From Octopus sinensis (taxonomy: Eukaryota): a DNA stretch of 64,000 bases. Shown piece after piece: positions 12,874 to 24,736 of the stretch; positions within the stretch are counted from its first letter, which is position 1, and each line of letters begins with the position of its first letter. The DNA lies in assembly GCF_006345805.1 (NCBI RefSeq), contig NC_043000.1:135656001-135720000 (forward strand), given 5' to 3'. The notes below the pieces were generated by a model. That model saw only the letters and a program-made list of their open reading frames with translations, was not told where the DNA came from and searched no databases. The position numbers were made by a program, and so were the translations under genes.

Positions 12874-13310
12874 AGTAAATCCAAACAGATCAGGTGCTAG
12901 AGCATAACAGACCGGACCTATTGGTGCATCACATGCTATATAGTTGACGTTGCATGCCCCTTTGACCCTCGAATAGTCATGAAGGAAAGCGAAAAGATAA
13001 ATAGATACAACCTTCTTAAGTACGAAATAGCCCGGCAATGGAAAATGAAGGTGAAGGTAGCGTCAATTATTGTTGTGTCCTTGGGAGTAGTATAAGAAAG
13101 CATTAAGAGGAATATAAAGGAAATTGGAACAGAGTGCCCAGTAGAACTGTTGCAAAAGGTTTGCCTCCTTGGCACGGCCAGAATAATCAGGAACGTATTA
13201 AATTGCTGAAAAGAACCGATAGTATGGTACCGTAGGCTGCAAGTAGTAAGCCCGCTACGCGTGTAAGACTTCAGGAGCACCAACAAAACCTGTGATAAAG
13301 AGAAAATAAC
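12872..13310 (+). mobile_element. R4/Dong-like RLE retrotransposon 3' fragment 3
   Basis: IQTDQVLEHNRPDLL, YIVDVACPFDPRIVMKESEKINRYNLLKYEIARQWKM, LLQKVCLLGTARIIRNVLNC*; closer to fragment 1. Confidence 0.85.
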
Positions 13311-13349
13311 GATTAATGATAATAAGAAGAAGAATAGGAAGAAGAAAAT

Positions 13350-13800
13350 GTGCTACAAAGATTGCAACGGGCCAGGAATCAATATCACTGATTACACCCT
13401 TGACTGTGACCCGTATATTTTCCTGGCCCATGTAATGTGATATAAGCCTATGTGTAGGTATGTGGCTCTCCTACTCAATATATCGCTTTGTCTCTTCCTC
13501 AGTCTTGAAAAACAGGTAAACAGTTCCATATATTTTGTTGCAGATGATATTCCATCGGAAACTTCTTTACAAGTCTCTCTTAGAGCGACTGAAAAATCTC
13601 ACCTTTGTTTATAAAGCATAGGTAATTTATTCCTCTTCAGTTCCACTACTGGGTAAGAATCTCGGGTAAAGAAGCATTTGTTTCGGTCACATACATGTGC
13701 CAGGCAGTTTCTTTCTCCACTTGTTGACTCGTATTTAAAAATACCTTGTTGCAGGCAATGTGAGGAATATAGAACTATTTGTTTTCCACGTAAGAATTTT
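13350..13800 (-). mobile_element. Decayed LINE ORF1-like remnant (same family as 8700-9530)
   Basis: KIYGTVYLFFKTEEETKRYIE*...HYMGQENIRVTVKGVISDIDSW. Confidence 0.35.
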
Positions 13801-15230
13801 GGTAGCATTGTTTGTGTGTATCATGATGCGGTGTGTATATGCCTAACAAAATTTCTTTTCTACCTGTGTATTTTTGAAGTGCAAATATCTCTATCTTGTT
13901 CATATGTCCTTTGTTTCCGGGCCTCAATGCTCTGTCTGCTGCCGGTTGTAGTAAACGGCTGCCAAGACAGTAGTGAACACGTCTGGCTTGTACTTAAGGC
14001 TCGCAGGCCAAACAACAATTTCTTAATTAGGTACGAATCATTGAGTAATAGAAAGGAAACTGGATATTGTGACGTTCATGCTTTTCCTAAATTTATTAGC
14101 GAAATAACTGAAGCGTTTCCAAACGGGGAAAAGTTTGCCACACATTCATTTGGCAGAGAATCTACTGCCAGCGTTTCACTTCGTATTTGAAGATGTTTCT
14201 TTCTTTTTCTTTTCTACTTTGATATTCGATACTTGGCCGACAGATCATGTAATGGTCGCTTGAACTGGTATGGATAAATCTATTCCTGTTCGTTGGGGGA
14301 AATGTAAGAATAACTTGTCTGGAAGTTCGACACTTCGGCGCGTCAAAACAGTATGATACGGCTGTCGATTGTAAGAGCTTTGTGTAATATACTATACAAG
14401 CTAATGTAGCAACTCTATGAGAGCTCTTTAGAGAATTGAAAGATCATCCCTTGAATAGCTTACATATTAATAAGAAACATTGGGTATTGACTCACTTGGG
14501 TCTCTTATTTAATTTTCTGTTATTTATTTATTTATTCAACTATTTATTTATCAAATTCACATTTTCTTCATCGTTTTAAGTCAGTTTCTTAAAAAGAATG
14601 AAAGTTATTACTTTAATAGCAACAGTAAGGTCAACGATATCAACACCATCAGCATCACCAGCACCAATAAAAACAAAACAAAATCAACATGGAAGCCTTT
14701 GTACAGGCGCTCACCATACTGGAAATAACAGCTAGACCTCCTTCAAGTCATGCGCTACTGTATTGGTAAAAGAAGGAACATGTAAGACCAAAAATTAAGG
14801 TTGATTTTATCAACTAACTCCTTTCCACGAATTTCTAGCAGTGCGCATGCGTTAGGAAACAAATATTCACAATATTGTTGTTGGGCGATGGATTGGTATA
14901 TTTATAAGGGAATCAGACAAATTGCCTCTCGATATTTGTTTCGGCTTTTTACATACTGAATTTAAGTCTCGCCGAGGTGAGCCTTGCCCATTATCCTTCC
15001 GGAATCGATGAAATAAAACACTAGTCATGGTACTGGGCCGATGGCATCAACTAACCAAAGCCTTCAAAATTGCTGCCCTTGTGTCCAAATTAAAAACAAT
15101 TAATGCTCTGGTGGTAGATAAAATGGTAGAACAAAATTGGTAGAGTGTCGGGCAAAACGCCTTCCGTTATTTATTCTACCACGTTATGTTCTGACTCAGA
15201 GGCTTAGCGAAATCTGTTTGGATAAGCCGA

Positions 15231-15591
15231 GAGATAGTGTATGTATGTATGTATGTATGTATGTATGTATGTATGTATGTATGTATGTACGTATGTATGC
15301 ATGTATGTATGTCATTATTCAGTTTTATTTCAAGATTTCTTACCAATAGAGAAGGAGCCGGTTTCTAACATCAACAACACCAACAGGGTATTTTTGTATG
15401 TATATTTTCTCATACATATAGTTGCATATCTAGACATGCTCATATATACTTAAATGCTAAAACTTTTGGAAAGTTTTACAGATTTTTACAGTTCCAGTGA
15501 TGGATTGGATCTGTAGTCTTCGAATCAGCTTTCTCCTTTCTGGCTTTGAGAAACCTAATTATTCAAGATTATTCAGTGTGTTACATATCCC

Positions 15592-15622
<31 letters not shown>

Positions 15623-15959
15623 TGTAGTATGTATGTATGTATGTATGTATGTATGTACGTATGTATGCATGTATGTATGTCATTATTCAGTTTTATTTCA
15701 AGATTTCTTACCAATAGAGAAGGAGCCGGTTTCTAACATCAACAACACCAACAGGGTATTTTTGTATGTATATTTTCTCATACATATAGTTGCATATCTA
15801 GACATGCTCATATATACTTAAATGCTAAAACTTTTGGAAAGTTTTACAGATTTTTACAGTTCCAGTGATGGATTGGATCTGTAGTCTTCGAATCAGCTTT
15901 CTCCTTTCTGGCTTTGAGAAACCTAATTATTCAAGATTATTCAGTGTGTTACATATCCC

Positions 15960-15990
<31 letters not shown>

Positions 15991-16040
15991 TGTATGTATG
16001 TATGTATGTATGTATGTATGTATGTATGTATGTATGTATG
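15231..16040. repeat. 368-bp period tandem duplication: ~280-bp unique unit plus (TATG)n
   Basis: GTCATTATTCAG at 15311 and 15679; near-identical units; inverted relatives at 32410-33012. Confidence 0.9.
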
Positions 16041-16581
16041 TATGCATGTATGTATGTGTGTGTGTGTGTGTGCGTGTGTGTGTGTGTGTGTGTGTATGTG
16101 TGTGTGTGTGTGTGTGTGTGTTTCTTTGAGGTTTATTTTATGGTTTTTCCTTTGCAGAATTCAACCGGTCACTAATGAAGTGGCAAGGCTCTTTTGTTTA
16201 AGATAGCTCTGAGGCCCGAGGTTACCTGGTATACGTGTGTGTGTGCGTGCGCGTGTGTGTGCGTGTGTGCGTGTGTGTGTGTTGTGAATTATCTTGCACT
16301 CATAGATGTGAGTTTTACGATAGAACACAAGTGTTTTTCTTTACTGTTTATGTTTGTATGTTCACAGGTATTCCACATGTATGAGTTATTGTTTGCGTAT
16401 TTTCTCCCAGACACCTCAAATGGCGAATACCTGAAATGTTTTACAAATTTTTGCAGTTCCTCTGATCGGCTGTAGGCGGAGGGAGGGATTCTGACTAACC
16501 TGTTCCATTTTGGAGAAACCCGAACATTTCTACGTTTCTTTGTACATCTGTTGTAACGTACCTCAGTGCACCTATCACAAT

Positions 16582-16978
16582 ATCTTTATATATAAAACTA
16601 GTTGTGTGAGTGTCTGTCCCCTTCGATTTAGATTCCTAACTACTCCCAGATTTTGCGGTGCAGTTTAACCAAAACCGGGTATCTTATAGTCGTGATTCAT
16701 ATCGAGCCCTTCTGGGTATTAGCGCGCGTCTACGATGAGTCTACGATTTAAAACATAATTTACCATCATTTTTTTTCCATTTTAATGTATATTTTTTTAA
16801 ATAAAGGGAAGTAACTCTCTAAAAGTGTCTACGATGAGTCAACGATTTAAAAAAAAATTGCCATAATTTTTTTTCCATTTTTAATGCATTTTTTGCTATT
16901 TTTTTGCTATAACTCTCTAAAAATGCTTTATAATTATTTCCCTTACAAACCCGAGCAACGCCGGGCGATACTGCAAGT
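16582..16978 (-). mobile_element. Helentron/DINE-1-like non-autonomous element
   Basis: Reverse complement of the ACT(A)GCAGTATCGCCCGGCGTTGCTCGGG start and TTTTATATATAAAGAT end. Confidence 0.8.
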
Positions 16979-16984
16979 CAAATA

Positions 16985-18060
16985 TAAATCTATAGCTTGG
17001 ATATATGGGCTGTAGGTTTTTTCATTAGTTTTCCATAGATGTTTCCCGTTTCTCCAATTTTTGAAGAGACATCAACATTAGCCGGGAAACTGAACCCTAC
17101 AGCAGTGCACAACTTTTGCTTTCTGTCCCATACAACTATATCAAACTACTGTGCTTAACAGGTTCCTTTTTTATTGGAATGTTCCACCTGTATTCTTTAT
17201 TTCTTAAGGGGTGGATACTCTCTGGCCCAAGAGTGCCTTTGGTATGGCTGTCAGAACATTCCTTCCTGCGTAGAGCGTTGTCGACTGTCTTAGTGATAAT
17301 GTCATATTTTATGGAAAGGTAGTAATTCGTGTATATTTCTGGACAACTACTGACGATATAAGATAACTTAGATAACTTAGATATGTTTCGACCAAAGATT
17401 GGTCCAGGCCATGTCTAACTTAATAGCACCACCTGATAGGATTATTCGAATCCTGTTTAAGTCAAGTTTTGTTAAAGTAGTGAGTTCTTGTTGGGTGAGT
17501 TGTATCCAATTATGGGTGGCTTATCTGGTATTCTTTGAAGGAATCTATCCAGACTCCGTTTAAAGTTGATGGGATCCTTTTCCTCCTTGATCTCCCTCGG
17601 GACAATGTTAAATAGGACAGGGCCTGTTGAGGAAAATAAATTATGTTGCAGTCTACATATATGTTGTGATCTTGAATTGGGCAGGGGACGTATGGCCCGT
17701 GGTCCCAGTCTTGGATGAACCTTGAAGCTATATAAGCGTTATCTTCCACATTAATATGGCACAATTGACACATTCTCTCCTCTGCGACGTTTTTAGACAG
17801 CTGCTAATGATATATTCCACATGCGTGTGGCTCAATCGACATTTTCAATCATAACGTGAAAGTTTAGAGGCATCCTTATCTCTTTGGTTGATCGGGTATT
17901 TAGCTGCTATCTTCTGTTCTCCGATAATAAAGGCATAGCCGTCTTGGTGATATGTAAATTACTTATACCACCAAGTGAGAAAGGCATCTATTCGAAGGAG
18001 TTTGCTGATCTCTTAACTCTTGTAAGAGACATGAGCATTACTTCTTCCTCCAGGGTCAGT
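16985..18060 (-). mobile_element. RLE-type non-LTR retrotransposon fragment interrupted by a CR1-like insert
   Basis: GYAFIIGEQKIAAKYPINQRD...KCRL...IISSC upstream; IVSSCPE..YYLSIKYDIITKTV, EYRWNIPIK, DIVVWDRKQKLCT, IYPSYRFIF downstream. Confidence 0.75.
17361..17790 (-). mobile_element. CR1/L2-superfamily LINE 3' end
   Basis: VHPRLGPRAIRP...[52 protein letters not shown]; (CTAAGTTAT)n tail. Confidence 0.8.
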
Positions 18061-18079
18061 AAATAAAAATAAATTACAT

Positions 18080-18400
18080 ATTACAGAGTTGAAACACAAA
18101 ATTTATACAAATATGACAAAGAAAACTTTAAAAAATTATAATTATAATCCTCCTTTAAAGATGTCGATAGAAATGAAAAGGCTCAAAACTATATCATAAA
18201 ATGGAAAATTCTAGCAAGATTTAGATTCTACCAAACTAGAAATAAAAGAAGGGACCATATGCAGTAGAGAAGGGAAATATCCTCAAAGACTTCTTAAACA
18301 AGATCTCTTTTGAAAGGCAAATACTTTGAAAAGCACCTATTACGCAGCTGGGAAACGCTATCTTAGATCCGCATACTTAAATCCTCATACTTGATATTAC
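18080..18400 (+). mobile_element. Possible Penelope GIY-YIG C-terminal remnant
   Basis: Short stretch NYIIKWKILARFRFYQTRNK resembles PLE endonuclease ends; heavily decayed. Confidence 0.3.
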
Positions 18401-19261
18401 TTTTCCTCAAATTCGTTCTTATTCCTTTTTTTTTTTTTCGTTTTTTCAATCTTTCCCTGCTGTCACTTGCCTACTTTATTTTTATATTTATTCCTTCTTT
18501 TTACAACTACATCCCTCTTATTTCCTTCCTATTATTTTCTTTTTCTTTAGTATTAATCATATTAAACGTTTTGGTTTTCTATCAACTTCAAACAATTTGC
18601 TACGCTTTCGCCAGCGACTTTTATATCACAATTAAGGGGAAATAACCAAGAGCTCCCAAGGCCGAGTTATTAATCTTAACAAAAGCGGAAGCTTGAAAAA
18701 GTATCTTTTCGAAATATTTCTAATTTTCTTATACCATGTGAATATAATCAGAGTCTGAAATTGAGACCGTGAAACTAATGGTAGCCTACACAATAAGTTA
18801 ACTCATATTGCTTAATGTATGTATGTTTGTGTGTGTGTGTGTGTCTGTGTCTGTGTGTGTGTGTGTATGTGCGTGCGTATGTGCGTATGTGTGTATGTGT
18901 GTATGTTTGTGTGTGTATGAGTAAATATTTACATTGTGGAAGAGTCATGATAATCAGTTAAGACACATATACATATCATTATATTCACTCGTGTAATTGT
19001 ATTCTATTACTACGAAGTGTCAAAAACAATGATCGTCATACGTCTACACGTACCACAGAAATAAATCCTAACCGAAAGTAAACAAACAGAGCTACGTTTG
19101 CACGGTACTGAGCGTGAACAATAATTCCATTAGCACTGACAAGCGTTGCCATATGATGAACACCTCACTGGGGGGAAATTTGTAGTTATCATTTAATAAT
19201 CTTCTATTAGACTGATCGGGTACTCTTTAATTTGTTCGTACTACTTTGAAGCAATTATATA

Positions 19262-19565
19262 CATGCATGCATACATACATACATACATACATACATACAT
19301 ACATACATACATACATACCTAATCTCTCACTCACTCGCTCACTCACTCACTCACTCACTCACTCACTCGCTCACTCACTCACTCACTCACTCACTCGCTC
19401 ACTCACTCACTCGCTCACTCGCTCACTCATTCACTCACTCACTCACTCACTCACTCACTCGCTCACTCACTTACCCACTCGCTCACTCACTCACTCACTC
19501 ACTCACTCACTCACTCACTCACTCACTCACTCAGTCACTCACTCACTCACTCATTCAATCACTCA
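19262..19565. repeat. (TACA)n then (CACT/CGCT)n microsatellite
   Basis: Direct reading. Confidence 0.95.
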
Positions 19566-19569
19566 TTGT

Positions 19570-19802
19570 TGAGACTCGTGGCTCAGCGATTAGGGTATTA
19601 GACTCATAATCTTAAGATTGTAGTTTCAATTCATGGACTGGACGAAACCTAGCATTGTTGAGCCGCGTCGCTCCAATCCATTCAGTTGGCTAAAATGAGT
19701 AATCCTGCGACGGACTGGCGTCCCGTCCAGGAGGTTAATATATGCGCCACGGAAACCAAAAAACTGGTCCTATGAGTCTATATGACCCGGGAATGATCTT
19801 TA
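19570..19802 (+). mobile_element. tRNA-derived SINE family D
   Basis: A-box-like TGGCTCAGCGATTAG, B-box-like GTTTCAATTC; 3' part CTGCGACGGACTGGCGTCCCGTCCAGG shared with 60216-60312. Confidence 0.7.
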
Positions 19803-20171
19803 TCGTAATCCCCTCCCTCATTCACTCACTCGCTCAATCGCTCGCTTGTTCATATATACGCAAATATTTGTTACATAGGCTATAGACAGTATCTTCAGGT
19901 AATTGCTCAGCGTTTTCACTGAACAGTGTTCCTTAAATTAGTATACACTTGGATCACTTTACACTAAACTACTTTCATAGCATTGAATCAAGTTCTGACA
20001 ATTTTGATTTTTAAAAATATATATACTCTTTGTATCAGCTATAGACTATTAACTTGTCCTTTTGTTTCTTAATGCTGTAAAATATAGAAATACCTATTTT
20101 AAATTCACGCTCCGTAGCGTTCCGGTTGAACCTCATTTCAAGCACTGTTTTATTTCAATATCTGGGTGCAA

Positions 20172-21119
20172 GAAGGCGGCGAGCTGGCAGAAACGTTAGC
20201 ACGCCGAGCGAAATGCTTAGCGGTATTTCGTCTGCCGTTACGTTCTGAGTTCAAATTCCGCCGAGGTCGACTTTGCCTTTCATCCTTTCGGGGAGTCGAT
20301 TAAATAAGTACCAGTTACGCACTGGGGACGATGTAATAGACTTCATCCGTTTGTCTGTCCTTGTTTGTCCTCTCTGTGTTTAGCCCCTTGTGGGTAGTAA
20401 AAAAATAGGTATTTCGTCTGTCTTTACGTTCTGAGTTCAAATTCCGCCGAGGTCGACTTTGCCTTTCATCCTTTCGGTGTCGATTAAATAAGTACCAGTT
20501 ACGCACTGGGGTCGATATAATCGACTTAATCCCTTTGTCTGTCCTTGTTTGTTCTCTCTGTGTTTAGCCCCTTGTGGGTAATAAAGAAATAAGTATTTCG
20601 TCTGCCGTTACGTTCTGAGTTCAAATTCCGCCGAGGTCGACTTTGCCTTTCATCCTTTCGGTGTCGATTAAATAAGTACCAGTTACGCACTGGGGTCGAT
20701 ATAATCGACTTAATCCCTTTGTCTGTCCTTGTTTGTTCTCTCTGTGTTTAGCCCCTTGTGGGTAATAAAGAAATAGGTATTTCGTCTGCCGTTACGTTCT
20801 GAGTTCAAATTCCGCCGAGGTCGACTTTGCCTTTCATCCTTTCGGGGTTGATTAAATAAGTACCAGTTACGCACTGGGGTCGATGTAATCGACATCATCC
20901 GTTTGTCTGTCCTTGTTTGTCCTCTCTGTGTTTAGCCCGTTGTGGGTAGTAAAGAAATAGGTATTTCGTCTGACTTTACGTTCTGAGTTCAAATTCCGCC
21001 GAGGTCGACTTTACTTTTCATTCTTTCGGGATCGATAAATTAAAATACCAGTTGCGTACTGGGGTAGATCTAATCGACTGGACCCCAAAATGCCGAGCCT
21101 TGTGTCTAGAGTAAAAAAG
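20172..21119 (+). mobile_element. SINE family A tandem array: 1 head, 5 bodies (4 tail A plus terminal tail B)
   Basis: Units start at GGTATTTCGTCTG 20222, 20408, 20592, 20776, 20960; imperfect 15-bp TSD at 20157-20171 and 21120-21134. Confidence 0.9.
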
Positions 21120-21302
21120 AATATCTGGTTACAAAATGAGAGTTACATGCTTTATTTTCACACCTTTCTCACATTGGTTATTCTTACGCATCTCATACAT
21201 ATTGAACGATATTTTCACTAACAGAAGGACTACATCTACATAAGTAGATAATGGCTGATAAAAAGACTTAGATGATAATCACTGTTGTTCTCAACTGGAC
21301 TG

Positions 21303-21686
21303 GGAAGCACTCCGTCGGTTACGACGTTGAGGGTCCCGGTTGATCCGAATCAACGGAACAGCCTGCTCGTGAAATTAACGTGTAAGTGGCTGAGCACTCC
21401 ACAGACACGTGTACCCTTAATGTAGTTCTCGGGGATATTCAGGGTGACACAGAGAGTGACAAGGCCGGCCCTTTGAAATACAGGTACAACAGAAACAGGA
21501 AGTAAGAGTGAGAGAAAGTTGTGGTGAAAGAGTACAGCAGGGATCACCACCATCCCCTGCCGGAGCCTCGTGGGGCTTTAGGTGTTTTCGCTCAATAAAC
21601 ACTCACAACGCCCGGTCTGGGAATCGAAACCGCGATCCTATGACCGCGAGTCCGCTGCCCTAACCACTGGGCCATTGCGCCTCCAC
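21303..21686 (-). mobile_element. tRNA-derived SINE family C (tail 1), full length
   Basis: Head GTGGAGGCGCAATGGCCCAGTGGTTAGGGCAGCGGACTCGCGG...GGTTTCGATTCCC; relatives at 60216 and 62488. Confidence 0.85.
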
Positions 21687-21789
21687 TTCAACTGGACTAA
21701 AACTACTGACTGTGCATCAGCAGCGTTATGGAACTTCAGTGTAATTACTTTATTGTCAGGTGTAATAGTTTAAAAATATGATGTTATTT

Positions 21790-22217
21790 AGAAGTAGGAG
21801 TGGCGCAGGAGTGGCTGTGTTGTAAGTAGATTGTTTACCAACCACATGATTCCGGGTTCAGTCCCACTGCGTGACACCTTGGGCAACTGTCTTCTACTAT
21901 AGCATCGGGCCGACCAAAGCCTTGTGAATGGATTTGGTAGACGGAAACTGAAAGAAGCCCGTCGTATATATATGTATATTTATGCATGCGTGTGTTTGTG
22001 TGTCTGTGTTTATCCCCCTAGCATTGCTTGACAACCGATGCTGGGGTGTTTATGCCCCCGTTACTTAGCGGTTCGGCAAAAGAGACCGATAGAATAAGTA
22101 CTGGGTTTACAAAAGAATAAGTTCCGGGGTCAAGTTGCTCGATTAAAGGCGGTGCTCCAGCATGGCCGCCGTCAAATGACTGAAACAAGTAAAAGAGTAA
22201 AAGAGTAGAGTAAAGAG
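21790..22217 (+). mobile_element. SINE family B (CORE-type)
   Basis: Complete head, CORE-like block, microsatellite, (GAGTAAAA)n tail. Confidence 0.85.
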
Positions 22218-23407
22218 ACCGGCTCGTGAAGACCTATGGTCAAACATATTCCAAATGTGGCCATTCCATCTTTTTAGAGTTATATAAAGCTACATTATTT
22301 AATTTATCCGTTTCTTATTTTTGGAGGCCGAGTATGTTTTGTAGGAAATTTGGCTGTTATATCTAGTAAAATAGTTTGTGGAAAAGAGAAGAATAATGCT
22401 TATGAAAGACTATTCTCTTGAATTATTTCCCCCCTTTTTCTCACTCGTCAAAAGAAGCAGAGAAAAGTTCCACCTGAATAGATTGTAGCAAGAGACAACT
22501 CGTTGAGATGGAAAAGTTTTCTTTTGATTAAACAAATATTTATCGAACAAGATTAGCGTAGACTCTATCTACAAAGTCTGCTGTACAGAGGCAAAATTAT
22601 AAATGATTCTTCCAGTTTCGGGGTTGGAATTATCGTTCTGATACCAAAAGTCTGCCAAAATCGTTATAAGACAATTTACATTTCCTGTCCTGAAAACCTC
22701 AGACCACTAAGATATATATTACTTACTATATATTGATGCTAGTCTGGTGATATGGTAGGTTGATACCAGTGATTTTATTTTATCACACACACAGACACAG
22801 ACACTCACACACACACACACACGCACACACACCACACACACACACGCACGCACACACACAGACATATATATATATGTGTGTGTATACTGTATATATTTCA
22901 TACACACACACACACGCACACACACACGTACGCAACTACACGCATACATGTACATAGATATGTGTATATAGTTTTCAGATTTATTTTGTTTTGATTATTT
23001 ATTGAAAGCGAAACAAGATGAAGTGTGCAATGTTTGATAATTTGTACTCATTAAGAAATATGAATCTATCATATGTAAAAATAAATATTAGTTTTAAGCT
23101 GTTATGCTGTTAACATTCTCGAAAGAATTAATGATTAACCGAAAAAGGAGGAAATGTGAATGATTCAGTAATGATATATACGCACATATACTAGGAACCA
23201 TTAATACATACATACATACATACACACACACGCACTGCACACGCACGCACACAGACACATATACATACAAGCATTATTGAATGAGCGTGATGAGTATAAA
23301 CTAACTATAACTACGTCTTTCACGCTTCTTTCAGATCTCTTGTAGTAGCTCTGTGTTACGCTGGTCAGTAGTGCAACAGTTTGTTTTACTTTTTAAAAAT
23401 ATTCAAA

Positions 23408-23922
23408 ACTAGCAGTATCGCCCGGCGTTGCTCGGGTTTGTAAGGGAAATAACTATATAAGCATTTTTAGAGAGTTACTTCCCTTATAGATGCCAATTCG
23501 GGCTTTCTTAGCCATTTCTGTTTTGGTGTCTTCAAGCCATGAAGTCGTTGTTCTAAAAGAACGCTGGTCTCCTTGACAACGCTTTACGACGTTGATTTCC
23601 TTACACTCCCTTCCCCACAGCTTCACGAGGGAGGGAAGAAGGGGGAGAAGCAAACAGGTGCAGGTGTGACCATGGACGCCAACTCCGCCGCCATCGACAC
23701 ACGAAAAATTATGCATTAAAATGGAATAAAAAAATGATGTTAAATTATTTTTAAAATCGTAGACTCATCGTAGACGCGCGCTAATAGCCAGACGGGCTCG
23801 ATATTAATCACGACTATAAGATACCCGAATTTGGTTAAACTGCACCGCAAAATGTAGGAGGAGTTAGAATCTAAATCGAAGGGGACCGACACTCACACAA
23901 CTACAGTTTTATATATACAGAT
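23408..23922 (+). mobile_element. Helentron/DINE-1-like non-autonomous element with extra internal segment
   Basis: ACTAGCAGTATCGCCCGGCGTTGCTCGGG start; TTTTATATATACAGAT end; shared block with 16582-16978. Confidence 0.8.
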
Positions 23923-24016
23923 ATATTACGTTACATTATTTAAAACATTATATTACGCTATACATCCTCAAGTTTTTTCATACATGGCTTATAATAGTTT
24001 CCCATAATGGTTTAGA

Positions 24017-24434
24017 GGGTCTTTTCGGTTTGAACGGCAGTTTTTTCTAGCGGTGTCATATGAAATTGTCACCCATAATTATGACCCTAGAATCGATCTA
24101 TTGCATTTCAATCTCTTTTAGGGTTAGGGTTAGGGTTGGAGGAATGGTATCTTTTTTTCTTCAGAAATGTAAATAAACCCAATCTGTTTTCTTAAACGAG
24201 GGACATATTCATACGGCACAGAATGCTTTTTAACTCAATAGACGTCACTGATTGGTTGAAATTGCAGAAATTGAAGAAAAAAAAACAACAAATATCTCAC
24301 AAATTATAGAATTTTCTCAATAAAGTCAAGAGAAAAAGTTGTTTTATAAACACATTCTACCAGTATACGAAGTTAAAAATTTTTTAGTTACCTAGAAATT
24401 ATGTTAAAACCTGCCGTTCAAACCGAAAAGATCC
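24017..24434. mobile_element. MITE with ~24-bp TIRs and internal (TTAGGG)3
   Basis: GGGTCTTTTCGGTTTGAACGGCAG ... CTGCCGTTCAAACCGAAAAGATCC. Confidence 0.8.
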
Positions 24435-24526
24435 TGGTTTACATAATCCATTTTTGGGACATATAATTTTTTATTTTTAAATTTTTTTTTTATTTTTGTA
24501 TTAAAAAATTTTTTTATTGCCCACAA

Positions 24527-24736
24527 GGGGCTGAACATAGAGGGGACAAAGAAGGACAGACAAACAGATTAAGTCGATTACATCGACCCCAGAGCGTAAC
24601 TGGTACTTAATTTATCGACCCCGAAAGGATGAAAGGCAAAGTCGACCTCGGCGGAATTTGAACTCAGAACGCAGCAGCGGACGAAATAACACAAAGCATT
24701 TCGCCCGGCTTGCTAACGTTTCTGCCAGCTCGCCGT
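24527..24736 (-). mobile_element. SINE family A (tail A), single copy with long A-rich extension
   Basis: Full head; candidate TSD TGG(G/A)ACATATAA on both sides. Confidence 0.85.

Noticed and set aside
13678-14190. 170-aa ORF, the longest outside microsatellites
   Set aside because: No recognisable motif; antisense to a decayed LINE-like region.
14840-14853. GTGCGCATGCG NRF1/Ewg-like promoter motif
   Set aside because: Single short motif with no CpG island or downstream exon evidence.
21600-21686. tRNA-like sequences at SINE heads (also 62488, 54394, 19570)
   Set aside because: A and B boxes are present, but there is no complete cloverleaf and they run into SINE bodies.
24117-24137. (TTAGGG)3 as a chromosome end or fusion scar
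   Set aside because: Only three units, located inside a MITE.
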